Below are positions 13,736 through 24,250 of a DNA stretch of 64,000 bases, piece after piece. The notes below the pieces were generated by a model, which was not told the DNA's origin, made no database searches, and saw only the letters and a list, made by a program, of their open reading frames with translations. Every line of letters begins with the position of its first letter. Positions within the stretch are counted from its first letter, which is position 1. Source of the stretch: Squalus acanthias (Eukaryota); the NCBI GenBank assembly GCA_030390025.1, contig CM059432.1, positions 139,068,001-139,132,000 of the forward strand. The letters are read 5' to 3'. Both the position numbers and the translations under genes were made by a program.

Positions 13736-14136
13736 TACTTTCTTTCTCTTTGCCTTTATATGAAAGTAGCGAGTGCTGATGATACCATCGAGGGGGGGGG
13801 GGGGGGGGGGGGGGGAGGCAGAGCCAGCATGAAGGAATTGTTGAGCCAAAGCCATAGGGGAGTTTAACTAACACGCACAGTTGAAGTGGAAGAACCCTTC
13901 GGTTAATGACTGCATCTGGACAATGTGCATTTAGCCCTTTCGCTGTTGGGCTCTGCAACTCCTTCAGACCTGCTCCCACGACGATGCCACCAGCACTCAC
14001 CAAGTGTTCCAAAAACAAAACACAACTTAGAAACAAAAACAATGGTGTTTATCATTCATCTGTATATAAATAATAATTTCAATTGTCCTGCTACAGTAGC
14101 TTTTTATTTGCTGTGTTTTTTAAATGTGATTTTAAA

Positions 14137-14367
14137 TGCTCCACCATTGGCGGCCATGCCTTCAGCGGCCCAGGTCCTAACCTGGAATTCCCTTTCTAAA
14201 CCTCTCCATCTCTCCTTCCAGATGCTACCTCTTCGACCAAGCTTTTGCTCATCTGCCCCAACATCTCCATATATAGCTTGGTGTCAAATTTTGTTTGTTT
14301 TTTGATAACACTCGGTGGGACATTTTATTACGTTAAAAAGGCGCTATATAAATATAAGTTGTTGTTG
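14137..14367 (+). mobile_element. L2 LINE 3' fragment (part of inverted duplication with 28900-29249)
   Basis: gctccaccattggcggccatgccttcagc...ggaattccct...gcgctatataaatataagttgttgttg. Confidence 0.8.
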
Positions 14368-15032
14368 CAGTGTTAAAACTTTTTTAAAAAGGGGAAAACT
14401 GACTGCGATAGAAGCTACTTAAATACTGTATCAAGCGGAATCATAAAAAAAAACTAGTGGATGAATTTAGCAAGTTTAAACTCTTTCCCAGCACAAACCC
14501 TTTATTTAATTTGAATAAAATCCGTTCTAGGAGGTCGTCATCTTGGTTTCTATTTGTACTTTTATGCTAGAACAGCAGCAGAATATTCTGGAAATGCACA
14601 GATCAATAAGAGAGAGTGAGAAGCTGATCGACCTGCTCTGTACTTCCAGCATTTGTTGGTTTTATTCAGATTTCCACTGCCCCTGGTTTCTCTTTATTTG
14701 CAGTTTAACCTTTGTTTTGTCCAGTGTTTGAATTAATTGAACATGCAACAGTTGAAATTCAGGATTTTGGAGCATATGGGATGTGGGGAAAAGAAAAAAA
14801 AAAAATCACAAAACAATAATATAATTAAGGTATAAAATTCTGTCAGACATTAGCTAGTTAAGGGAACGAAGACACTACATAATTCAGCAGCCATGCTCTT
14901 GTTGATACCAATTGAGGATTAATGTCAAGATTAAAGAGAAGTCACCATGACAGAGACAGCAGACCTGTTCTTCAACAGACTTAGTCCATATCCTTTAGAG
15001 TAATTACAAAATATTTAAGTCATTATTATTGA

Positions 15033-15460
15033 ACCTACATTGGCTCCCAGTCCGGCAACGCCACAAATTTAAAATTCTCATTCTTGTGTTCAAATCCCTC
15101 CATATGGCCTCGCCCTCTCCCCATCTCTGTAACCTCCTCCAGCCCTACAACCCTCCGAGATCTCTGCGCTCCTCCAATTCTGGCCTCTTGCGCATCCCCG
15201 ATTTCCATCGCCCCACCATTGTGCCTTCAGCTGCCGAGGCCCCTAAGCTCTGGAATTCTCTCCCTAAACCTCTCTGCCTCTCTCTCCTCCTTTAAGACAC
15301 TCCTTAAAACCTACCTCTTTGACCAAGCTTTTGGTCACCTGTCTTAATATCCCTTTGTGTGGCTCGGTGTCAAATTTTGTTTGGTAATCGCTCCTGTGAA
15401 GCACTTTGAGATGTTTTACTATGTTAAAGGGGCTATATAAATACAAGTCGCAGTTGCTGT
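15033..15460 (+). mobile_element. L2 LINE 3' portion
   Basis: Encodes LHWLPVRQR..FKILILVFKSLH..LLQPYNPPRSLRSS..LWNSLP..FKTLLKTYLF, a typical L2 ORF2 C-terminus. Confidence 0.9.
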
Positions 15461-16109
15461 TGAATTCTGAGTTAAAAATTTGTGTGTGATTAACTGCAGC
15501 CTATATACGGTAAGTAAATAAATTGGTACCCCCTTTACTACCCAAAGATATAAAACGCGACACAGCATGCTATGAATTTGCTGACTAATCACACGCAATG
15601 ATCCGCAGGTAGGGAATTTTTTTAAATGCTATTGCACAAATCAAAAAGGTCTAAGCTTCCCATAGTGCATTGTAATAATACAGCTAAACGCCTAAAAACC
15701 GTATCAAATTATTATTTACAGCTCACTGTTTTGAAACGTTTGGCGATTTGCATCAATATGCAAATAAGAGAAACTGCAATTATGCAGTGACTAATTCATA
15801 ATTCTACCCGGAGCCCCAGTAAACCAGCCCCTGTGCAGAAGTGTTCTACGTGGAACCCAAGGTCATTTCTGCTTGTTGAACAATCGAGTCACAGAAAAAA
15901 AAAATGACCACTCTCAAAATATAACTCGGAACACAAATCTCCTCCAGCACATGAGATTAACCCATTGAGTTCTGAATTTCAGAAATGTGCACAAACTTTT
16001 GATCGGAGAAGCAGCCACAGCATCCGATACGCCGAATGTCTCTGAAATACTGATTATAATAGAACGTACAGAAACTCTTACAATTACACTGGACTCGCTT
16101 ACAAAACTG

Positions 16110-16270
16110 ATTATCTGGTCACCATCACACTGCTGTTTGTGGGATCTTGCTGTGTGCAGATTGGCTGTCGTATTTCCTACATTGCAACACTTCAGAAAGT
16201 ACTTCATTGGCTGTAATGTGTTTTGGGACATCCTGAGGTTGTGAAAGGCACTATTGAAATGAAAGTCTTT
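16110..16270 (+). mobile_element. Deu-domain SINE 3' fragment
   Basis: ctggtcaccatcacactgctgtttgtgggatcttgctgtgtgc...gtacttcattggctgtaa tail. Confidence 0.75.
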
Positions 16271-16329
16271 CTTTTTGGACAGAATTTGGGGTCAAAAATG
16301 CTACTCTTCTTCAAAGGCTTAAAATTAGA

Positions 16330-16947
16330 TGCCCCAGAGCATGGTACATCGGCGAGACCATGCAGACACTGAGACAACGTATGAACAGACACCGCGCAAC
16401 AATCGCCAGGCAGGAGGGTTGCCTCCCAGTCGGGGAACACTTCAGCAGTCAGGGGCATTCAGCCTCGGATCTGCGGGTAAGCGTTCTCCAAGGCGGCCTT
16501 CGGGATACACGACAGCGCAAAATCATAGAGCAGAAACTGATAGCCAAGTTCCGCACTCATGAGGATGGCCTCAATCGCGATATCGGGTTCATGTCACGAT
16601 ACAGAACGTGACTTGACATCATGGCCGGTCTTTCCAGGTTTTTTTTTTAAACCCAAATGGAGAGGATATGCAGCCAGCAGGTGTTTTGACACGTTGGACC
16701 CCCTGGGACACATCTCATTGTCTTGGCTGTGCTCTTAGTGTGTCTTTGATGTAGGGAAAGATTTGAATACATTTTTTCTGTGTTTATATTGTGAATTCTG
16801 GGAGATTCTCTCACAGCTACCCTACCTGAAGAAGGGGCGACAGCTCCGAAAGCTTGTAATTTTAAATAAATATGTTGGACTATTACCTGGTGTTGTGCGA
16901 CTTCTCATTTTTGTCCACCCCAGTCCAATGCCGGCATCTCCACATCA
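16330..16947 (+). mobile_element. Penelope-like element, 5'-truncated (GIY-YIG endonuclease C-terminus plus 3' terminal region)
   Basis: CPRAWYIGETMQTLRQRMNRHR...PVGEHFS..GH....L...L.G....QRKIIEQKLI..F.T...GLN; flanked by the 11-bp direct repeat ttaaaattaga (16319-16329 and 16948-16958). Confidence 0.9.
16823..16858 (+). ncRNA. Minimal type I hammerhead ribozyme motif (Penelope-associated)
   Basis: tac-CTGAAGA-a-GGGGC gaca GCTCC-GAAA-gc-TT-gta: conserved core, 5-bp stem II (one G-U pair), palindromic AAGCTT stem III, 3-bp stem I. Confidence 0.7.
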
Positions 16948-17044
16948 TTAAAATTAGAGATTAGTGATCAGGTCTTGGTTCAGTTCAACTAAACCCGACC
17001 CTGGTCGATTAAACACTGTGCCAGATCTAAATAGCGAGTCCACG

Positions 17045-17530
17045 AGAGGCTTTGCGGAACACCTCCGTTCAGTCCGTAAGGGTGACCCCGAGCTTCCGGT
17101 CGCCTGTCACTTTAATTCTCCGCTTCACTCCCACTCTGATCTCTCTGTCCTCGGCCTCTTACACTGTTCCAATGAAGCTCAACGTAAGCTCGAGGAACAG
17201 CACCTCATCTTTCGATTAGGCACTTTACAGCCTTCTGGACTCAACACTGAGTTCAACAATTTCAGACTATAACCCCTGCCCCCATTTTTCAGGCTGTATG
17301 ATTCTGCCATCCCCATTTGCAACATTTAATCTTTCCTGCCTCCTACCTTAGCACAGAATGTTCCTTCAGATCCGATCCTCCCCCTGCATCTGCACCTGCT
17401 TAAAATCTGTTACAGCTCTAGCCTTTTCCAGTTCTGAAGGAGGGTCACAGACCTGAAACGTTAACTCTGTTTCTCTCTCCACGGATGCTGCCTGGCCTGC
17501 GGAGTATTTCCAGCATTTTCTGTTGTTATT
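17045..17530 (+). mobile_element. Second Penelope-like family, 3' fragment (GIY-YIG C-terminus plus tail with degenerate hammerhead)
   Basis: FAEHLRSVRKGDPELPVACHFNS..HSHSDLSVLGLLHC.NEAQRKLEEQHLIFRLGTLQP.GLN.EF; tail gttctgaaggagggtcacagacctgaaacgttaac...gatgctgcctggcctgcggagtatttccagca. Confidence 0.88.
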
Positions 17531-17878
17531 TAAGAATATTCAAGGGTTTTGGTGACTTGGATTTCTTTCAAAACAGAAACTCACACATATAAATGAATTT
17601 TAAAAAAACAAGTCAATGAAAGTTAACCAATAGGAACAATGGACTGGCAATAAAAGTATCAAGATATCTTACTTCAAAAGGAGAACATTTTCAAATTGAA
17701 CTTGCTAATATATGAAGGTATTGTTTTGAGCTTTGTTATTCTGCTTAGTATTTCAAGGTAGTAACTAAATGTTCAAAAGCAAGTTTAAAAAGGATGTTCA
17801 GCGCACTTTCACAGTGACATGCTGGAATTCTAGAGGGAGAGTTGAGAGGCCCCAAAATACCTGGTTATTTCCTTTCTG

Positions 17879-18292
17879 TGGCAGCCGTGGCTCAGTGGGT
17901 AGCACACTCGCCTGAGTCAGAAGGTCGTGGGTTCAAGCCCCACTCCAGACTCTGGAGCACCAATATCTAGGCTGACACTCCCAGTGCAGTGCTGAGGGAG
18001 TGCTGCACTGTCGGAGGTGCCGTCTTTCGGATGAGACGTTAAAACCGAGGCCCCGTCTGCTCTCTCAGCTGGCGTAAAAGATCCCATGGCACTATTCGAA
18101 GAAGAGCAAGGGTGTTCTCCCCCAGTGTCCTGGCCAATATTTATCCCTCAACCAACACCCAAAGAACAGATGATTTGGTCATTATCACATCGCTGCTGTG
18201 CGCAAATTGGCTGCTGCGTTTCCTACATTACAACAGTGACTACACTTCAAAAAAAGTTCTTCATTGTCTGTAAAGCGCTATACAAATACAAG
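17879..18292 (+). mobile_element. Full-length tRNA-derived Deu-domain SINE
   Basis: A box tggctcagtgg, B box ggttcaagcc, Deu-like domain gccgtctttcggatgagacgttaaaaccgaggcccc, L2-like tail. Confidence 0.88.
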
Positions 18293-18361
18293 GCTTAAAT
18301 GCAAATGCAAGACTTCCTGTGTCCCAAATTAATAAAGTGAGATCTTAGTTACTATTTTCTA

Positions 18362-18525
18362 ACATGGAATCATATAGCACAAAAGGAGGCTATTCAGCCC
18401 ATCGTGTCTGTGCCGGCTCTTTGAAAGCGCTCTCCAAGTCGTCCCACTTCCACTTGCTCTTTCCTGATAGCGCTGCAAATCTTTCCTTTTCAAGTATATA
18501 TCCCAATTCCCTTTTGAAAGTTACA
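18362..18525 (-). mobile_element. CR1 LINE 3' end fragment (diverged)
   Basis: catggaatcatatagcacaaaaggaggctattcagcccatcg...tcccttttgaaag. Confidence 0.7.
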
Positions 18526-19829
18526 GCTGCTTCATCAAGATCAAGCACGCACAAGTTTTTAAAAAAAAAAATACATTTCTAGCAATCCCTAATTGATATG
18601 AAAGTGCTCATTTTTAAACTGAGGTGCAGTTGAACAAGTGCTGGCAGGCAGCCTTCTGGAACTGTGTTCATTTCTCATGTGTCAGCGAAGGCATGAGTTT
18701 CCTCATTGTTTTCACCGCTTCAGTGTCCTTAAACCGGGCAAGCAAGGGTGGGAAATCAGGCACTGGCTGGCACTGCACCGCCAAATCCCCGTCCATTCTC
18801 TAGCCCACTGGAGTTTCCAACAGAAATGAAGCCAATCCGAGAAAGCGCTCAACCAAATATTCAATTTAGGCGATAATGACATAACATTTTCTGTCATCAC
18901 CCTCGTGACACTGAACGCTCTACAACAGGCATCCAGCGTTGCTAGGGGAGAAGCGCAATGGAATCCAGTGTTTAAATATTGAAGCAAGGATGACCGATGG
19001 ACTGAGGTACAATGGAGTGGTAATTCTACATGGGTAGATTTTGCCATTTCAAACGCATCAGGAATAACGTATAAAAATAAAATAAAGAGGCTAGCTGCCC
19101 TTTTTAAGTTGCTGGAGATGTTGGGGCGCGACAGCACATGGGGGTTCACGCTTCCTCACCGCCCCCAGTGGCAAGCTCACCACACTGAAGCATGTTAATG
19201 GTCGCACGCTGGAGATTACCGACTGCACACCGACCTCTGCGTCCGCTTCTCCGATCGGTGCACCCATTGGAATTAGACTCTACTCCAGGGGTAGTCTTGC
19301 AATTTGATGGTTTCGGTGTCAGCATTAAGCAGGGCCACGTCAGATATAATTAGGTCCCTCTACTCCATTGTAACAATCTGCTTTAACTCAACCCTCAGAA
19401 GGGTAACCGCCCGCCCCTTACTGTGACATTGTTATTTCCCTCTGAGTGAGACTGCCAGTTGATATTTTGTGCCAAGTTAAGCAGATAGCAGAAGGTTATC
19501 CCACTGGGAATTTAGTCCAGGAATTGTTCATTAGTCTGTCCCTGGGAAATACTCGAGCATCAGTGGCAGTCTTGTTGGGGGGGATTGGGGGCAGGGGGAG
19601 CACAGAGCCCACACTGCCAAATAAACGCTGGGGATCCCAGCTACATGGATATCTAGGCTCGAGTCAACAGGCTACTTGACCGCAGAGAGCACCACAGAAA
19701 AGTCCAGTCCTATTCTCACCCAACGTCCACACATGTGCTATTTCCAGCGGTGGGATCCCAAGCTGAGTTTATCCCCTCCTTAGCCCACGGGTGCAGAGGC
19801 AAATTTTCCTACCCCAGATGCCACCTCAG

Positions 19830-20272
19830 ATTACATAGAATGTATATCAGAGAAACCGGCCATCTGGCCCAACTAGTCTATGCTCCACACGAGCCTCCTC
19901 CCGCCCCATTTCATCTAATCCTATCAGCATAACCCTCTATTCCTTTCTCCCTCATGAGTTTATCTAGCTTCCCCTTAAATACATCTATGCTATTTTTGCC
20001 TCAACTACTCCGTATGGGAGCGAGTGCCACATTCTAACCACTCTCTGGGTAAAGAAGTTTCTCCCGAATCCCCCCGTGGATTTATTATTGACTATCTTAT
20101 ATTTATGGCCCCTAGTTCTGGTCTCCCCCACAAGTGGAAACACCTTCTCTACGTTTACCCTATCGTACCCCTTCATAATCTTAAAGACCTCGATCAGGTC
20201 ACCTCTCAGCCTTCTCTTTTCTAGAGAAAAGAACCCCAGCCTGTTCAATCTTTCCCAATAGTTCTGACCTCT
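19830..20272 (-). mobile_element. CR1 LINE 3' portion
   Basis: ORF 19985-20248 RLGFFSLEKRRLRGDLIEVFKIMKG.DRV...TRTRGH...FFTQRVVRMWHSLP. Confidence 0.9.
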
Positions 20273-21106
20273 CAGGATTTAAATCAACACAGGTTACTCC
20301 CGTGTACCTCCTAGTGCCTGACCCCAACAGAGTAGGGGGAGGCCAAGAAACTTGCCTGCCCTTCCACTTGACCGATGAGGTCAGTTAAACGAGCACAGAC
20401 CAGAAATTGAGCCCGAGACTCTCTCTCTCTGGTGTGTGCCTTAGTATGTCTATAGGTCTTTTCAAGTGGGGGGGTGGGGGCGGGAGGTGAAAATAACAGT
20501 AGTCAAGCGATCTTCCCAACTCGGCTATAAGGCTTCACCCTTTGCCCAGAGGCGACAGCATTCACAGTCGAATTAAGAATACTTGGGGTCCTGGGCATCA
20601 AGAATATTTGCGGCCCCTCCGCGCCACTCCCCCATCCATTAACACGCAAATGTGTAGCAAAATGTGTAAATGAGTCGGCCTGTAAAATGTTCACACGCTG
20701 CATTAATAACAAAGCAAATCATACCACAAGATACTATGCCCCAAATGAAACTGATCCAGAGGTTGTGTTTTTTTTTCTGTATTATGGGTACCAGGGGACA
20801 CACAGGCCCGTGCGTTATTCTGCCCCTGACAGCACTGAGACCTCAAGTAACAGCAAGAGCACTGAACCATAAACCAACAAAAAGGCAAAAAATAGCTCCA
20901 AACCACACCAGGTCAGAAAGGAAAGCAAAGGGCCGGGCAGGAAGACATTTTATATGTAGAAGTTAAACATCTTTCAAAGGATAAGAAAGATTACAACTAC
21001 GGGAGGTGATTCTTAATCTTCCAACCTCCACATGTAAAATGAATATGTACTGCAGCACAAAAAGAACATGATCCTGAGCCCGTACACTTTCAGGCTGGCT
21101 CGGAGC

Positions 21107-21510
21107 ACAACAACAACAACTTGTATTTATATAGCCCCTTTAATGTAGTAAAACGGTCCGAGGCGCTTCACAGGAGCTTATCAGGTAAAATTTGACACCG
21201 AGCCACAAGAGGAGATATTAGGACAGGCGACCAAAATCTTGGTCAAAGAGGTAGGTTTTAAGGAGGAGAGAGGTGGAGAGACGGAGAGGTTCAGGGAGGG
21301 AATTCCAGAGCCTAGGGCCTAAGCAGCTGAAGCACGGCCGCCAATGGTGAAGCGATGAAAATCGGGGATGTGCAAGAGGCCAGAATTGAAGAAGCGCAGA
21401 GATCCCAGAGGGTTGTGGGGCTGGAGGAGGTTACAGAGATAGGGAGGGTCGTGAGGCCATGGAGGGATTTGAAAACAAGGTTGAGAATTTTAAAATCAAG
21501 GCGTTGCTTA
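21107..21510 (-). mobile_element. L2 LINE 3' portion
   Basis: QRLDFKILNLVFKSLHGL...; (caa)n tail. Confidence 0.88.
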
Positions 21511-22659
21511 ACCGCACAGCAGCGCAATGGCACTCATCAACTGGATTGGTCAGGCCAAGTCAAAATGCTTGGTAAAAGTAAGCGCACTGTTCCAGGTCAC
21601 TGCCTTTGAGGAACCCTCCATATACTGGCCCATGGGGTGACCCATGAATGATCAGAATTGGGTTGTACCTTTCCCGGGTATGTCCTGCTACTGAATTTGC
21701 TAACATCGGTTTGGCATGGGTTCATCTAAAGGTTCGTGTTCCCAGAGAAGACATTTTTGAACGTCATCGTCTAACATCACAATTTCAATGCCATGAGGAG
21801 AAACCGCAGAAGCCACAATTTCCAGAGACAAGTGGAACTCGGACACAATCTTAGGCGATGCTTCAGAACTGCGCTGCGTACCAAAAAGATACGGTCGGTC
21901 TACCAGCCTTAAGCGAAAGGAGCGTAAGATCACCGAGACTACAAGTTAAATGGGCTCTGCGTTAGGAAGCGCATTTACACCCAACAGGTTTCCACTTCAC
22001 AAACTCAACATCAGGATGCAGCAGAGGTCCAGGCACTCCTCCATAAGAAGAGCCAACTGAGATGACTGTCGTGCATCTCCCGGCAGGTGGCTGCAGTACA
22101 GGACCAGCGAAGGACTACGAATTGTCAGTTGGAGAGATATGCACCAAGATGAGCTTTACTGAATAAGAAATGCACCACAAAAAAGCGCCTTTTTTTTTTT
22201 TTTTAAATTGAATAGGAAACTGCACCGATAACGCTGAACTGGGCCAGAAGATTTCCATTCACGCTAAAAAGTTCATACTCAGAACCTCAGCATTTTGTTG
22301 ACAAATAGGAAAAACTACCTTCTGGACCAGTCATTTCCAGCGGCTCAGTGGAAACTTCTACCTGTAAACATTTTTAATAATTATGAATTATAGTCATTGG
22401 ATTTATTCATATATACAATTGTGCAATACGTTTGCGCAAAAGAAAAAAAAAAAATCAGGATATTTTTAGTCAACATCGTACTTCAGTAGTTCAATATTAG
22501 CCAAGCCTTTTCATCTACACTGCGTGCAGATTCTCTAAGTTTCAACTTTGGGCAACCTCCCACTGACCAACTCTGCCGCTCACTTCCCTCCCCCCCCTAC
22601 CCACCCACCTCCCGGAAAAGCTGTCAAGCCTTGGGGGTCAACTCAAAATTTCAAGAGTG

Positions 22660-22797
22660 AGATTGATAGATTTTAGGTCAGGGTATTAAGGGTTATGGAA
22701 CCAAGGCGGGTGGATGGAGTTAAGATGCAGATCAGCCATGATCTAATTGAATGGCGGAACAGACTCAAGGAGCTGAATGGCCTCCCCCTGTTCCTAC
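22660..22797 (+). mobile_element. CR1-type 3' end fragment
   Basis: gagattgatagatttt...gatcagccatgatctaattgaatggcggaacag...gaatggcctcc. Confidence 0.75.
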
Positions 22798-22963
22798 TAC
22801 AGGCAGGATTTGATACAGAATTTTTTTTTCGTTGGCAGCTGACATAGTGGTACATTTTGTACAACAAAAGAAGATAGCATCTTCTGCCTCTGTTGTTCTC
22901 CAAGTGCATTATGTTTTAACCTGCTAATCCATTATTGTAATAGACACCAATCTATTAAACAGT

Positions 22964-23581
22964 GGCCCGTATATTCCGATATCTGCGGGTGTGTACGAGC
23001 TGTGTACACACCCGTAGGGACATCGGAAATGCCGGTTTCAGGCATGCGAAGCGCATGCGCTGAAAACCGGCATTTCCGATCTGTCAAGAATCACCTGCCC
23101 TGGAGAGTTTAAAAAAGTTAAAAAAAAAAAAAAAAATTCCACTCATTTATAATTTTAAAATACTTTTTTAAAAAGTTTATTTTTAGCCCTGTAAAAAACT
23201 TTAATTTTTTTTTCAAAAAATTAAATTGTTTAAAATATTTAATTTAATGTAATTTTAACTCATTTTAAAAACGTGATTTTTAAAAAAAATTTATGTTTTA
23301 GTGTCTTTTTTCAGTGATCCCCATTCATATATTTGACAGGTCTATCTGTCAAAAGTATGAAGGGGGATTCCCTTCTTTCATTGGCTCGCCTGGCCCACGT
23401 GATCCCAGGGATGCTTGCGAACTGCCTGCGCCCCTGGGACATGTGGGCTCTGCGCATTTCGTCGTGGACAGGCCCAGGAGCGGAAGAGTCCGGACCTCGG
23501 GAGCCCTCAGGTAAGGGCGTAGATTTTTTCCCGATAGGAGGCATCCGCACGCAGGAAGCCTCCTATCGGAAATTACGGGCC
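22964..23581. mobile_element. Non-autonomous DNA transposon (MITE, probably Harbinger-type) with internal hairpins
   Basis: TIRs ggcccgtatattccgata / tatcggaaattacgggcc; inverted symmetry extends to flanking acagt/actgt; GC-rich ends around an A/T-tract core. Confidence 0.8.
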
Positions 23582-23600
23582 ACTGTATACCACTAGTAAC

Positions 23601-23767
23601 CAATGTTCCCTCTTAATTTGTTTTACTGGGTGCGCGGCCCCTTTAACAGACTGTGCAGCCCATTCAAACTTCTGCACATGCACAGTTTTTCCATTTAAAA
23701 GCCAGCGTGCCAGCCTGTGCGGGGCCTCCAGACTGCTGCGCAGCCACGCAGCTCAACAGGAACATTA
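23601..23767. mobile_element. hAT-type MITE
   Basis: Ends caatgttccc / ggaacatta; 8-bp TSD ctagtaac / ctagtgac (7/8). Related fragment at ~43675-43750. Confidence 0.75.
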
Positions 23768-23887
23768 CTAGTGACAGCAGTTTACTTATTCCAGTGTAAT
23801 ACTGCAAATTATATTCATTCTATACAGCATTTCTTGAGTGTTCTGCATTTCAAAGGTAGCAATGGACAAACTCATGCAGAACATACT

Positions 23888-24250
23888 CAGCTGACACTTC
23901 AGTGCCAGTACCGAGGGAGTGCTGCACTGTCGGAGGTGCTGTCTTTTGGATAAGATGTTAAACCGAGATCCCGCCTGCCCTCTCAGTAAAAGATCCTATG
24001 GCACTATTTCGAAGAAGAACAGGAGGAGTTCTCACCGGTGTCCTGGGCCAATATTTATCCCTCAACCAGCATGACTGAAACAGGTGATCTGGTCATTCTC
24101 TCATAGCTGTTTGTGGGAGCTTGCTGTGCGCAAATTGGCTGCTGCGTTTTCCTACATTGCAACAGTGACTACATTTCAAGAGTACTTCATTGGCTGTAAA
24201 GCGCTTTGGGACATCCTGAGGTTGTGAAAGCCGCTGTATAAATGCGAGCT
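23888..24250 (+). mobile_element. Deu-domain SINE, head truncated
   Basis: gctgacacttcagtgccagtaccgagggagtgctgcactgtcggagg... through the gctgtataaatgcgag tail. Confidence 0.85.

Noticed and set aside
17879..17950. tRNA gene (also ~9870-9940, ~28002-28075, ~47345-47415, ~41430-41517)
   Set aside because: A and B boxes are present but each continues into a SINE or LINE body and lacks a full cloverleaf.
18712..19149. 145-aa minus-strand ORF as a ZNF407 exon
   Set aside because: No zinc-finger or other recognisable motif and no convincing splice sites; the region looks like degenerate transposon sequence.
21600..22170. Possible Tx1/L1 C-terminal relic
   Set aside because: Only a vague resemblance; no motif I could defend.
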